From assembly GCA_030157745.1 (NCBI GenBank), contig JAOAUE010000027.1, forward strand, positions 1,314 through 47,665: a DNA stretch of 46,352 nucleotides, read 5' to 3'. The notes below the pieces were generated by a model. It ran no database searches. It saw only the letters and a program-made list of their open reading frames with translations, and was not told where the DNA came from. This DNA is from Minisyncoccota bacterium (lineage in GTDB: Bacteria; Patescibacteriota; Minisyncoccia; Phycocordibacterales; UBA9973). Made by a program: the position numbers and the translations under genes. Of the stretch, positions 17,247 through 24,054 are shown piece by piece (the stretch's first letter is position 1; each line of letters begins with the position of its first letter).

Positions 17247-17348
17247 TTGACAAATGACTATAAATATGCTATGATATAAGTATAAGGTTCTTTGAGCGTT
17301 TTAGTTGGTTTTCCAGAGTTTTCTGAAAAAGGAGAGTTTTGGTAAACC
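17247..17348 (+). promoter_or_regulatory. promoter (TTGACA-N17-TATGAT) plus conserved 5' leader, module A
   Basis: By hand alignment, 95 of 102 nt are identical to 18422-18523. The last 51 nt are identical, including AAGGAGAG and a TTG codon. Confidence 0.7.
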
Positions 17349-17364
17349 CGCTAAAATATAAAGT

Positions 17365-17538
17365 ATGATACAAAAAAAAGTAATATACTCGATTATAATT
17401 TGTCTCACAATTGGATTTGTGATTGCAAATTATACATACCAACTCTTTACAAAAAGAGACTGGACAAAAGCTACCGAGCGTTCTTATTTTCAGATTGGAC
17501 TAGCGATTACAATCTGTGCAATGATTGCTACAAAGTAG
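17365..17538 (+). CDS. small two-TM protein (57 aa), module A
   Basis: Found by hand: MIQKKVIYSIIICLTIGFVIANYTYQLFTKRDWTKATERSYFQIGLAITICAMIATK. Its ATG overlaps the TGA of a 9-codon upstream ORF (17339-17368). A terminator lies at 17552-17583. Confidence 0.5.
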   Translation: MIQKKVIYSIIICLTIGFVIANYTYQLFTKRDWTKATERSYFQIGLAITICAMIATK

Positions 17539-17551
17539 ACTATATACAATG

Positions 17552-17583
17552 AAGCCTCCGAAACAAAACGGAGGCTTTTTTTA
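17552..17583 (+). terminator. intrinsic terminator of module A
   Basis: AAGCCTCCG / CGGAGGCTT stem plus T7. The tail GGCTTTTTTTATTGCCC (17573-17589) is identical to 18744-18760. Confidence 0.75.
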
Positions 17584-17638
17584 TTGCCCAATTTTATTAT
17601 TACAAAATAAAAAACTAGCATTTCTGCTAGTTTTGTTT

Positions 17639-18190
17639 TTACTTTTTTAATTTTAACCAATCACTTTTAAATACTGCCAAAAGAATCTCATCATGATACT
17701 TTCCGTCACGGTAAAACTGCTTGATGCGTTTACCTTCGATTTTGTAGCCACAGTTAAGGTTGTGTTTGATACTGCCCTTATTATCAGCAAAGGCAGCGCT
17801 ACAGATCTTTCTCAGGTTAAGTGTCATAAAGGCATATTCCAATACAAGCATTTTTGCTTCCTTGGCATATCCCTTGTTCCATTCTTCTTTGGCGCCAAGC
17901 ATAGAGCCCGTAGTTGCGACACCATCTACATAGTTGATTTTCATTAGAGCCATTGTGCCAAGAAGTTTTTGATTTTTCTTGAGAACAACGGCAAAATTAA
18001 CATCTCCACCACGCGTCATTACTTTCTTTATCCAAGTTTCTTCATCAATTTTGGATACTGGTATGACGTTGGTAAGATACCGACGTACCACTGGATCATT
18101 TGCATACCTTTGTAAGGTTTCTAGATCAGAGAGATCGATTGGTCGCAAATAGATTCTTTTTCCTTCGAGAAAAACAATTTTGTCCTGCAT
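17639..18190 (-). CDS. GNAT family N-acetyltransferase (RimJ/RimL-like)
   Basis: 183 aa. The pattern is LRPIDLSDLETLQRYANDP ... EWNKGYAKEA ... LNLRKICSAAFADNKGSIKHNLNCGY, typical of the RimJ/L-type acetyltransferase fold. Confidence 0.75.
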   Translation of the reverse strand: MQDKIVFLEGKRIYLRPIDLSDLETLQRYANDPVVRRYLTNVIPVSKIDEETWIKKVMTRGGDVNFAVVLKKNQKLLGTMALMKINYVDGVATTGSMLGAKEEWNKGYAKEAKMLVLEYAFMTLNLRKICSAAFADNKGSIKHNLNCGYKIEGKRIKQFYRDGKYHDEILLAVFKSDWLKLKK

Positions 18191-18391
18191 AATATTTAAT
18201 TTTTAAGGTTAAAAAAACCGGCATCACAGGCCGGTGTTTATACAGAAATCAAAAGTTTACTTATGCACAAAATAACGGCCAACGAGAAAAAGCGGAGAGG
18301 GAAATAGCTCCCGCTGTCATATGGACTGTATTTTGTTTTGCACATAAATAATGCATGGGTTTTATATTAGCACATTTTTGTTAAAAGTAAA
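18191..18391 (-). promoter_or_regulatory. structured leader with promoter and two terminator-like hairpins upstream of the GNAT gene
   Basis: On the minus strand: TTTACT-N16-TAATAT (18391-18364, spacer ending TGC). A 12-bp long-range stem pairs 18328-18347 with 18261-18276. One hairpin plus T5 is at 18314-18284. A second, ACCGGC/GCCGGT plus T7, is at 18235-18211, 20 nt before the ATG at 18190. Confidence 0.5.
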
Positions 18392-18421
18392 CATATCGTG
18401 CAAATAGCTACATTTTTATAA

Positions 18422-18523
18422 TTGACAAGTCACTATAAACATGCTATGATATAATTATAGGGTTCTTTGAATGTTTTAGTTGGTTTTCCAGAGTTTTCTG
18501 AAAAAGGAGAGTTTTGGTAAACC
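18422..18523 (+). promoter_or_regulatory. promoter (TTGACA-N17-TATGAT) plus conserved 5' leader, module B
   Basis: Paralogue of 17247-17348; see that entry. Confidence 0.7.
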
Positions 18524-18708
18524 AATTAAAAGAAACAATGAAATATTTAAACGCAATCGGATTTTTCTTACTTTTTGCTTTTATTGCAATTTTGATAGTT
18601 GCAGTAGAAAGTAAGAATATTAATTCTTTTATTTTTGCTGAAATTTGTGCCTTTGCTGGTATTATATGTATTGCAATAGCAAACAGAAAACAAAAAGTGC
18701 TGGTGTAA
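18514..18708 (+). CDS. small two-TM protein (64 aa from TTG, 56 aa from the ATG at 18538), module B
   Basis: ORF track. Here the conserved leader TTG codon is in frame with the hydrophobic body (MVNQLKET-MKYLNAIGFFLLFAFIAILIV...). A terminator lies at 18725-18753. Confidence 0.5.
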   Translation: MVNQLKETMKYLNAIGFFLLFAFIAILIVAVESKNINSFIFAEICAFAGIICIAIANRKQKVLV

Positions 18709-18724
18709 TATCTGCAAAAAGTGT

Positions 18725-18753
18725 GGCCTTCTCCAAAAGAGAGGGCTTTTTTT
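18725..18753 (+). terminator. intrinsic terminator of module B
   Basis: GGCCTTCTC / GAGAGGGCT stem plus T7, with the same GGCTTTTTTTATTGCCC tail as module A. Confidence 0.7.
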
Positions 18754-18786
18754 ATTGCCCGATTTATTGTAAAATACACCTTATAT

Positions 18787-20244
18787 ATGGCATCGCTAGA
18801 AGAGCTCCGAGAGGAGAGACTGAAAAAGAAAGCTATTCTCGAAGAGAGAGGCTTTGATACCTATCCTGCCAAAAGTGAGCGTACTCACACTATATTTCAG
18901 TTCAAAACCCAATTTGAAGCTCTTGCAGAGAACAAAGAACAAGTAACTCTAGCTGGGCGTATCATGAGCGCTCGTGGACAAGGAGCTCTGGCTTTTTCTG
19001 ATATTTTTGATGGCTCTGGCAAAACACAGCTTTTCTTGAAAAGTGACGAGATGGATGCAGAAGCTTATGCTCTCTGGAATGAAACTACCGATGTCGGAGA
19101 TTTCGTAGAAGCGACAGGTATTGCATATATGACAAAAAGAGGCGAACAAGCACTCTTTGTATCTGGATGGCGCATGCTTACCAAAAGCCTTCTTCCGCTA
19201 CCTGAGAAATGGCATGGCATCACTGATCCAGACGAAAGATACCGCAAGCGATACCTAGATATCCTAACTGATTCAGAACTCCAAGACCTCTTCTACAAGA
19301 AGTCACAATTTTGGGAAGTTACTCGCAACTTTATGAAAGAAGCAGGTTTTCTAGAAGTAGAAACCCCAACTGTTGAAGTAACTACCGGTGGCGCAGAGGC
19401 AAATCCTTTCAAAACACATCACAACGATTTTGATATCGATGTCTTTATGCGTATATCTGTTGGAGAACTCTGGCAAAAGAGACTGATGGCTGCAGGATTT
19501 GCCAAGACATTTGAAATAGGACGCGTATACCGAAATGAAGGCTCAAGTCCTGACCATCTCCAAGAATTCACCAATATGGAGTTCTACTGGGCTTTTGCTG
19601 ACTATGAAATGGGTATGGACCTTGTAGAGCGACTATATAAGAAAATAGCAGTAGATGTTTTCGGCAAGACTGAATTCACAACACGCGGACATACTTTTGA
19701 TCTCGGAGAAGAATGGAAGAAAATAGACTATGTACAGGAAGTAGAAAAGCAAACAGGTATCAATGTGCTCGATGCATCTGACGAAGACATGAAAGCCAAG
19801 CTCGATGAACTCGGCGTGAAATACGAAGGTGCAAACAAGGAACGTCTCACTGACACACTTTGGAAATACTGCCGAAAGAATATCTCTGGTCCTGCATTTC
19901 TCGTACGTATACCAAAGCTCGTCTCACCACTAGCAAAATCATGTACTGATGATCCTAGAGTAACAGAAAGATTCCAAGTACTCCTTGCGGGCTCAGAAGT
20001 AGGCAATGGCTTCTCAGAACTCAATGACCCAATAGATCAACGTGCTCGCTTTGAACTCCAACAAAAACTTATAGAAAGTGGCGACGAAGAAGCAATGATG
20101 CCTGAATGGGAATTCGTAGAAATGCTCGAACACGGCATGCCACCGACTTGTGGCTTTGGCTTTGGCGAAAGGCTATTCGCTTTCCTTGTAGACAAACCTC
20201 TTCGCGAAACACAACTCTTTCCACTTTTGAAACCTAGAGAATAA
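18787..20244 (+). CDS. lysS: lysine--tRNA ligase (class II)
   Basis: Start moved to the ATG at 18787 (MASLEELREERLKK), because the tracked start at 18721 lies in the module B terminator. The motifs FLEVETP, FEIGRVYRNEG, and GGFGFGERL-type class II motif 3 are present. Confidence 0.95.
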   Translation: MASLEELREERLKKKAILEERGFDTYPAKSERTHTIFQFKTQFEALAENKEQVTLAGRIMSARGQGALAFSDIFDGSGKTQLFLKSDEMDAEAYALWNETTDVGDFVEATGIAYMTKRGEQALFVSGWRMLTKSLLPLPEKWHGITDPDERYRKRYLDILTDSELQDLFYKKSQFWEVTRNFMKEAGFLEVETPTVEVTTGGAEANPFKTHHNDFDIDVFMRISVGELWQKRLMAAGFAKTFEIGRVYRNEGSSPDHLQEFTNMEFYWAFADYEMGMDLVERLYKKIAVDVFGKTEFTTRGHTFDLGEEWKKIDYVQEVEKQTGINVLDASDEDMKAKLDELGVKYEGANKERLTDTLWKYCRKNISGPAFLVRIPKLVSPLAKSCTDDPRVTERFQVLLAGSEVGNGFSELNDPIDQRARFELQQKLIESGDEEAMMPEWEFVEMLEHGMPPTCGFGFGERLFAFLVDKPLRETQLFPLLKPRE

Positions 20245-20250
20245 ATTTAT

Positions 20251-21114
20251 ATGACTTCTAAAACATCTGAAGAGAAAATTAAAAAGTTTATTGAAAAAAC
20301 AGGTTTTATTTTAGAAATGAAGGTATCTCAATATTTAATAGAGCAAAACTGGCAAGTAGAAGTGGGAAACTCTTTTATTGACCTAGAAGAAATGAAACGA
20401 AGAGAAATTGATATAGTGGCAACAAAAATTATTAATAATATAGAGGTTACATTAATAATAGAGTGTAAACAAAGTAATCAAGATCAATGGGTTTTTATTT
20501 GTTCTTCAAAAAACCCTACTAGGTTCTATTATTCAACTAAACACAGCCCAAAAATAAAAACTTTGAGTAGTAAAAAAATACTTAATGTAATGCACACAAT
20601 GGATAAAACAGTTTCTCTTGCTCAAAACTATATAACTTTTGATAAACGTAAAAATAAAAAAGCTAATACTTTACAAATCGAAGAATCTCTATATAAACTA
20701 CCCAAATCTTTAATAGATGTTGCCAGAAAAAGTATTATTTTTCAAGAAGAAAAAAAGAAAATTTTTATCCCTTGTTGCATTTTTAGTGATGAAATATTTT
20801 CTGCTCAATATTCAGAAAATGGACTATCAGTAAAAGAGCAGTCTGTAATTCAATATAATATTCAGTTTGAACCAAAGGCTTATAGTAAAAAAAATAGATT
20901 AAAGATAGACGAAAGCTTTACAGAAACATTAGGTAAAGAGAGTGTTAACATATCTCCTCTTATAATAGAAATGATTTTAGATATCGCAGATAAGTTTGGA
21001 ACAAAATACCAAATAGATTTTGTTAGCAATAAACATTTAAAAGATTACTTAAATAAGGTTGAAGAAGGTGTAAAACTTATATCAACCAGAAAATGGTCAA
21101 TGAACGTTAAGTAA
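20251..21114 (+). CDS. PD-(D/E)xK nuclease-fold protein (Mrr/Hjc-like N-terminal domain) with an unknown C-terminal half
   Basis: GFILEMKVSQYLIEQNWQVEV ... REIDIVATK ... TLIIECKQS fits the D...(D/E)xK restriction-endonuclease-like core. By eye the gene is visibly more AT-rich than lysS. It starts 6 nt after the lysS stop. Confidence 0.55.
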   Translation: MTSKTSEEKIKKFIEKTGFILEMKVSQYLIEQNWQVEVGNSFIDLEEMKRREIDIVATKIINNIEVTLIIECKQSNQDQWVFICSSKNPTRFYYSTKHSPKIKTLSSKKILNVMHTMDKTVSLAQNYITFDKRKNKKANTLQIEESLYKLPKSLIDVARKSIIFQEEKKKIFIPCCIFSDEIFSAQYSENGLSVKEQSVIQYNIQFEPKAYSKKNRLKIDESFTETLGKESVNISPLIIEMILDIADKFGTKYQIDFVSNKHLKDYLNKVEEGVKLISTRKWSMNVK

Positions 21115-21118
21115 AAAT

Positions 21119-21547
21119 ATGAAAATCACTAAATTTGAAAAATCTGATTTTGATTCACTAGAGAATCTGAAAGCGAAAGCTTGGTCAACGGCCGACAAAG
21201 AACATTATGGTGAAATTCAGCCTGTTTTCTTTAAAGAAGAATTTACTCTTACTGCAAAAGAAGGTGATGAGGTTGTAGGATACATAACTGTCATTTGTGA
21301 TAGCGGTGTGGCACAAATAGAGCCTCTTATGGTTGACCCTGACAAAAAAGGACAAGGTATTGGCTCAGCACTCCTACAAGAAGCCGAAAAGATGGCAAAA
21401 GAAAAAGGTGTTCACAAGCTTTGGCTTGAGACAGGGGAAGACTGGAAAGCAAAAGAGTTTTATCTAAAACATGGATACACTGTTCGCGCAGACTTACCAA
21501 ACCATACTGGTGGATACAACTTTGTTTTAATGGATAAGATGATTTAA
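21119..21547 (+). CDS. GNAT family N-acetyltransferase
   Basis: 142 aa. VDPDKKGQGIGSALLQEAEKMAKEKG is the acetyl-CoA binding Q/RxxGxG/A motif. Confidence 0.8.
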   Translation: MKITKFEKSDFDSLENLKAKAWSTADKEHYGEIQPVFFKEEFTLTAKEGDEVVGYITVICDSGVAQIEPLMVDPDKKGQGIGSALLQEAEKMAKEKGVHKLWLETGEDWKAKEFYLKHGYTVRADLPNHTGGYNFVLMDKMI

Positions 21548-21552
21548 GAGAT

Positions 21553-22161
21553 ATGGAAAACCAAAATAATGATTTAGAAATGAAACCGAAATTCGAAATT
21601 GCTTATAGAGGCAAGATGTTTGAGGTTGTGACTTGGGAAGGCAAGCCAGGTGTGACATTTGAAGCTGCAGTTCGGGCTCCTGGAGTACGACTTCTTATTG
21701 AGACAGAAAAAGGTGGTGAAAAAGCACTCCTTATGACACGAGAACTCAGAAGGGAGGTGGGTGGTTGGGATTATAGACTTCCAGGAGGCAAGGTATTTGA
21801 TACTTTGGAAGAACTCGACAAGCATAGAGAATCAGGACAAGACATAGCTCCACTTGTAGAAGAAGCAGGCAAAAAAGAAGGGGAGCAAGAAGCAGGTATT
21901 TCTGGTGGCAACTATGAACAAATAGCAGTATCAAAAGCTGGAGCGTCAGTAGAATGGGATTTGCACTATCTCAAGGTTACAGGCGCACAGATAGGAGAGC
22001 AAAACCTAGAAGAACATGAGCAAGGGGACATCGAGACAGTCACACTCTCAGCACAAGAAATATTTGAAAAGCTTACAAACAGAGAAATCAAAGAAGGTCG
22101 TAGTGCCGACATGCTCTGGTCATGGCTTTATGAAAATGGGTTTATAGGGTTTAAGAAATAA
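21553..22161 (+). CDS. Nudix-like hydrolase (divergent)
   Basis: LPGGKV ... an inserted segment ... EEAGKKEGEQEAGI approximates a Nudix box GX5EX7REUXEEXGU interrupted by an insertion. Confidence 0.5.
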   Translation: MENQNNDLEMKPKFEIAYRGKMFEVVTWEGKPGVTFEAAVRAPGVRLLIETEKGGEKALLMTRELRREVGGWDYRLPGGKVFDTLEELDKHRESGQDIAPLVEEAGKKEGEQEAGISGGNYEQIAVSKAGASVEWDLHYLKVTGAQIGEQNLEEHEQGDIETVTLSAQEIFEKLTNREIKEGRSADMLWSWLYENGFIGFKK

Positions 22162-22162
22162 T

Positions 22163-22717
22163 ATGAAAAAAGTTTTTATAATTCATGGTTTTGAGGGAAT
22201 GCCAAACGGAGCGTGGCGAGGGTGGCTCATGCAAGAACTTGAGAAACAAGATATATACGCATGTGCGCTTCCAATGCCGACACCAGAAGCTCCTATCAAA
22301 CAAGAATGGGTGGACGAGATTTCTAGAGCTATAGAAATGAATCCAACTGACGACATATACCTCGTTGGGCATAGCCTTGGTTCAACAGCTATTTTAAGAT
22401 ACTTAGAAACTAGTGATCAAAAAATCACTGGAATAGTTTTGGTTTCTGGACCAATTATTAAAACAATGAATAGAAAGATTGATAACTTCCTAGAAACACC
22501 ATTTGATTTTGAAACCATAAAGACAAAAGCAGAAAAGTTTGTAGTGATTCATGGAGACAATGACCCCTATGTGCCTGCAGTAGATCATGGAGACATTTGC
22601 TCTAAAGCTCTAGACGCGCAATATATTGTCATCAAAAATGGCGAACACCTAAACGGTTCTGCTGGCTACCACGTACTTCCTGAATGTTTAGAAGTGTTAA
22701 ATAGTATAATGAAATAA
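22163..22717 (+). CDS. alpha/beta serine hydrolase (YdeN/RBBP9-like)
   Basis: MKKVFIIHGFEG..., nucleophile elbow GHSLGS, and a late HGDNDPYVP ... EHLNG. This is the pattern of the small serine-hydrolase family. Confidence 0.7.
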   Translation: MKKVFIIHGFEGMPNGAWRGWLMQELEKQDIYACALPMPTPEAPIKQEWVDEISRAIEMNPTDDIYLVGHSLGSTAILRYLETSDQKITGIVLVSGPIIKTMNRKIDNFLETPFDFETIKTKAEKFVVIHGDNDPYVPAVDHGDICSKALDAQYIVIKNGEHLNGSAGYHVLPECLEVLNSIMK

Positions 22718-22718
22718 T

Positions 22719-22814
22719 ATGAAAACAATACTTGTAGACGCAGTAAATACAAAAGCTAACAAAGACACTCGCGACCTTGTTGCTTTAAAAGACTTTTTGG
22801 ATAAGAATTTATAA
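22719..22814 (+). CDS. very small ORF (31 aa), possibly a gene fragment
   Basis: Found by hand: MKTILVDAVNTKANKDTRDLVALKDFLDKNL. It uses the same AAATAATATGAAAA stop-start junction as the preceding gene pair. Confidence 0.3.
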   Translation: MKTILVDAVNTKANKDTRDLVALKDFLDKNL

Positions 22815-22815
22815 T

Positions 22816-23466
22816 ATGAACCAAATAAACGAAACATTTCCTCAGAATAACGAACAGCCAAAAACACAAGAAGAACTTGAGGTATTGTTAGAAAAAGCCA
22901 AAAAAAGACTGTCGAGTGAAGAAAAACGAGCCGGTGAGTTTTATAATATTGAACTTTATCAAGTATTTGAGGAGGCGATCAAAAATTTTAACAGTGATTC
23001 TGAGGTAATTAGAGTTTATTTAGACTCAATAGGTAAAGATTATGACCAAGCTGAAGAAAACCTAGATAAAAAAATGCTTTTTGATAGAACTTATATAAGA
23101 CCGATAAAAAAAGAAATTCAAGAAATCGAAAACTCTTTACGTGCAATAAAAAATAAAGAATATAGACTGCAACAAGAACAACTAGAGAAAGAAAGTGAAC
23201 AAAAAGAAGAAGAAGCTTTTAATAAAGAAAAACAGCAACTTGAGATAAAATTATACGAAGCTTTGAGCAAGATACATGATCAGATACCAAAAGAAGCAGA
23301 AGATATGGGGATGACTACTGAGTCAGCGATGAAGGTTTACCTCCCAAACTTAGTTGATCATGCTCATAGACTTGAATCATTAATAAATCAACTTAGTGAA
23401 GTAAAGAATTCTTATGAACTTACGCTTTTTAAAAAAGACCTCGTTTTTAGTAGAATAGATTTATAA
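22816..23466 (+). CDS. coiled-coil hypothetical protein (216 aa)
   Basis: ORF track. It is E/K/Q-rich with heptad-like composition. An 18-nt perfect direct repeat flanks it (22807-22824 and 23459-23476). Confidence 0.5.
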   Translation: MNQINETFPQNNEQPKTQEELEVLLEKAKKRLSSEEKRAGEFYNIELYQVFEEAIKNFNSDSEVIRVYLDSIGKDYDQAEENLDKKMLFDRTYIRPIKKEIQEIENSLRAIKNKEYRLQQEQLEKESEQKEEEAFNKEKQQLEIKLYEALSKIHDQIPKEAEDMGMTTESAMKVYLPNLVDHAHRLESLINQLSEVKNSYELTLFKKDLVFSRIDL

Positions 23467-23467
23467 T

Positions 23468-23542
23468 ATGAACCAAGTGATTACAAAAGGCGACCTCGGC
23501 ACCGAAGAATTCCCTGAACTTTTAGAAGAAATCATCAAATAA
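23468..23542 (+). CDS. very small ORF (24 aa), possibly a gene fragment
   Basis: Found by hand: MNQVITKGDLGTEEFPELLEEIIK. It starts with the same ATGAACCAA as the 22816 ORF. Confidence 0.25.
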   Translation: MNQVITKGDLGTEEFPELLEEIIK

Positions 23543-23604
23543 TCCAACTGTTGTTTTTTAATATTTCAAACTCATAATTTCTAGATAGTTATCAGTGTAA
23601 AGTG

Positions 23605-23634
23605 TAAAAAATACCCCTACTATTGTAGGGATAT
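23605..23634 (-). terminator. intrinsic terminator of the 23639..23965 gene
   Basis: On the minus strand, a CCCTAC / GTAGGG hairpin is followed by a T-run. Confidence 0.6.
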
Positions 23635-23638
23635 TAAA

Positions 23639-23965
23639 TCATGCGGTTTCTTTGATTCTTGTTTCAAGCCAGACAATATCTTTGGCAGTTTCTAAAGAAA
23701 GCGGTTTTGACATGGTTAGGTTTTTATACTCAGGAAGATGTATACAAGCAAATATTTTTGCCGATTTTACTGCACCTTCTGGTGTTTCGCCAAAACCTGT
23801 GTAAACAACTTCTTCTTCGTTAGAAATACCTTTCCCTGTAAGAAGAGCTGCTTCGTACAGGGCCTTATCATTCTCATGTTCGCCAGTAAGATATTCTTTT
23901 TGTTGATGATTATTTAGGTAATATTTTCTTACCTTTTTTACTTCGCATTTGTAGTATGTGGCCAT
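23639..23965 (-). CDS. hypothetical protein (108 aa)
   Basis: ORF track, with the start moved to the ATG at 23965 (MATYYKCEV). No motif recognised. Confidence 0.45.
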   Translation of the reverse strand: MATYYKCEVKKVRKYYLNNHQQKEYLTGEHENDKALYEAALLTGKGISNEEEVVYTGFGETPEGAVKSAKIFACIHLPEYKNLTMSKPLSLETAKDIVWLETRIKETA

Positions 23966-24014
23966 ATAAAAGTATTTTCTAAATACTACCACCAACAAAA
24001 TTTATAAGCAATTT

Positions 24015-24043
24015 TTGATAAAAAAGCCTTTAAATGCTAGAGT
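24015..24043 (+). promoter_or_regulatory. promoter TTGATA-N17-TAGAGT for the ABC-F gene
   Basis: The spacer ends in TGC, as in the other promoters here. The -10 box ends 11 nt before the ATG at 24055. Confidence 0.5.
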
Positions 24044-24054
24044 GTTTGTACTTT

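Noticed and set aside
18444-18779. 111-aa minus-strand ORF covering module B.
   Set aside because: It runs antisense through the promoter, leader, small ORF and terminator of module B. It has no counterpart antisense to module A even though the flanks are conserved. It is probably an artefact of AT-rich sequence.
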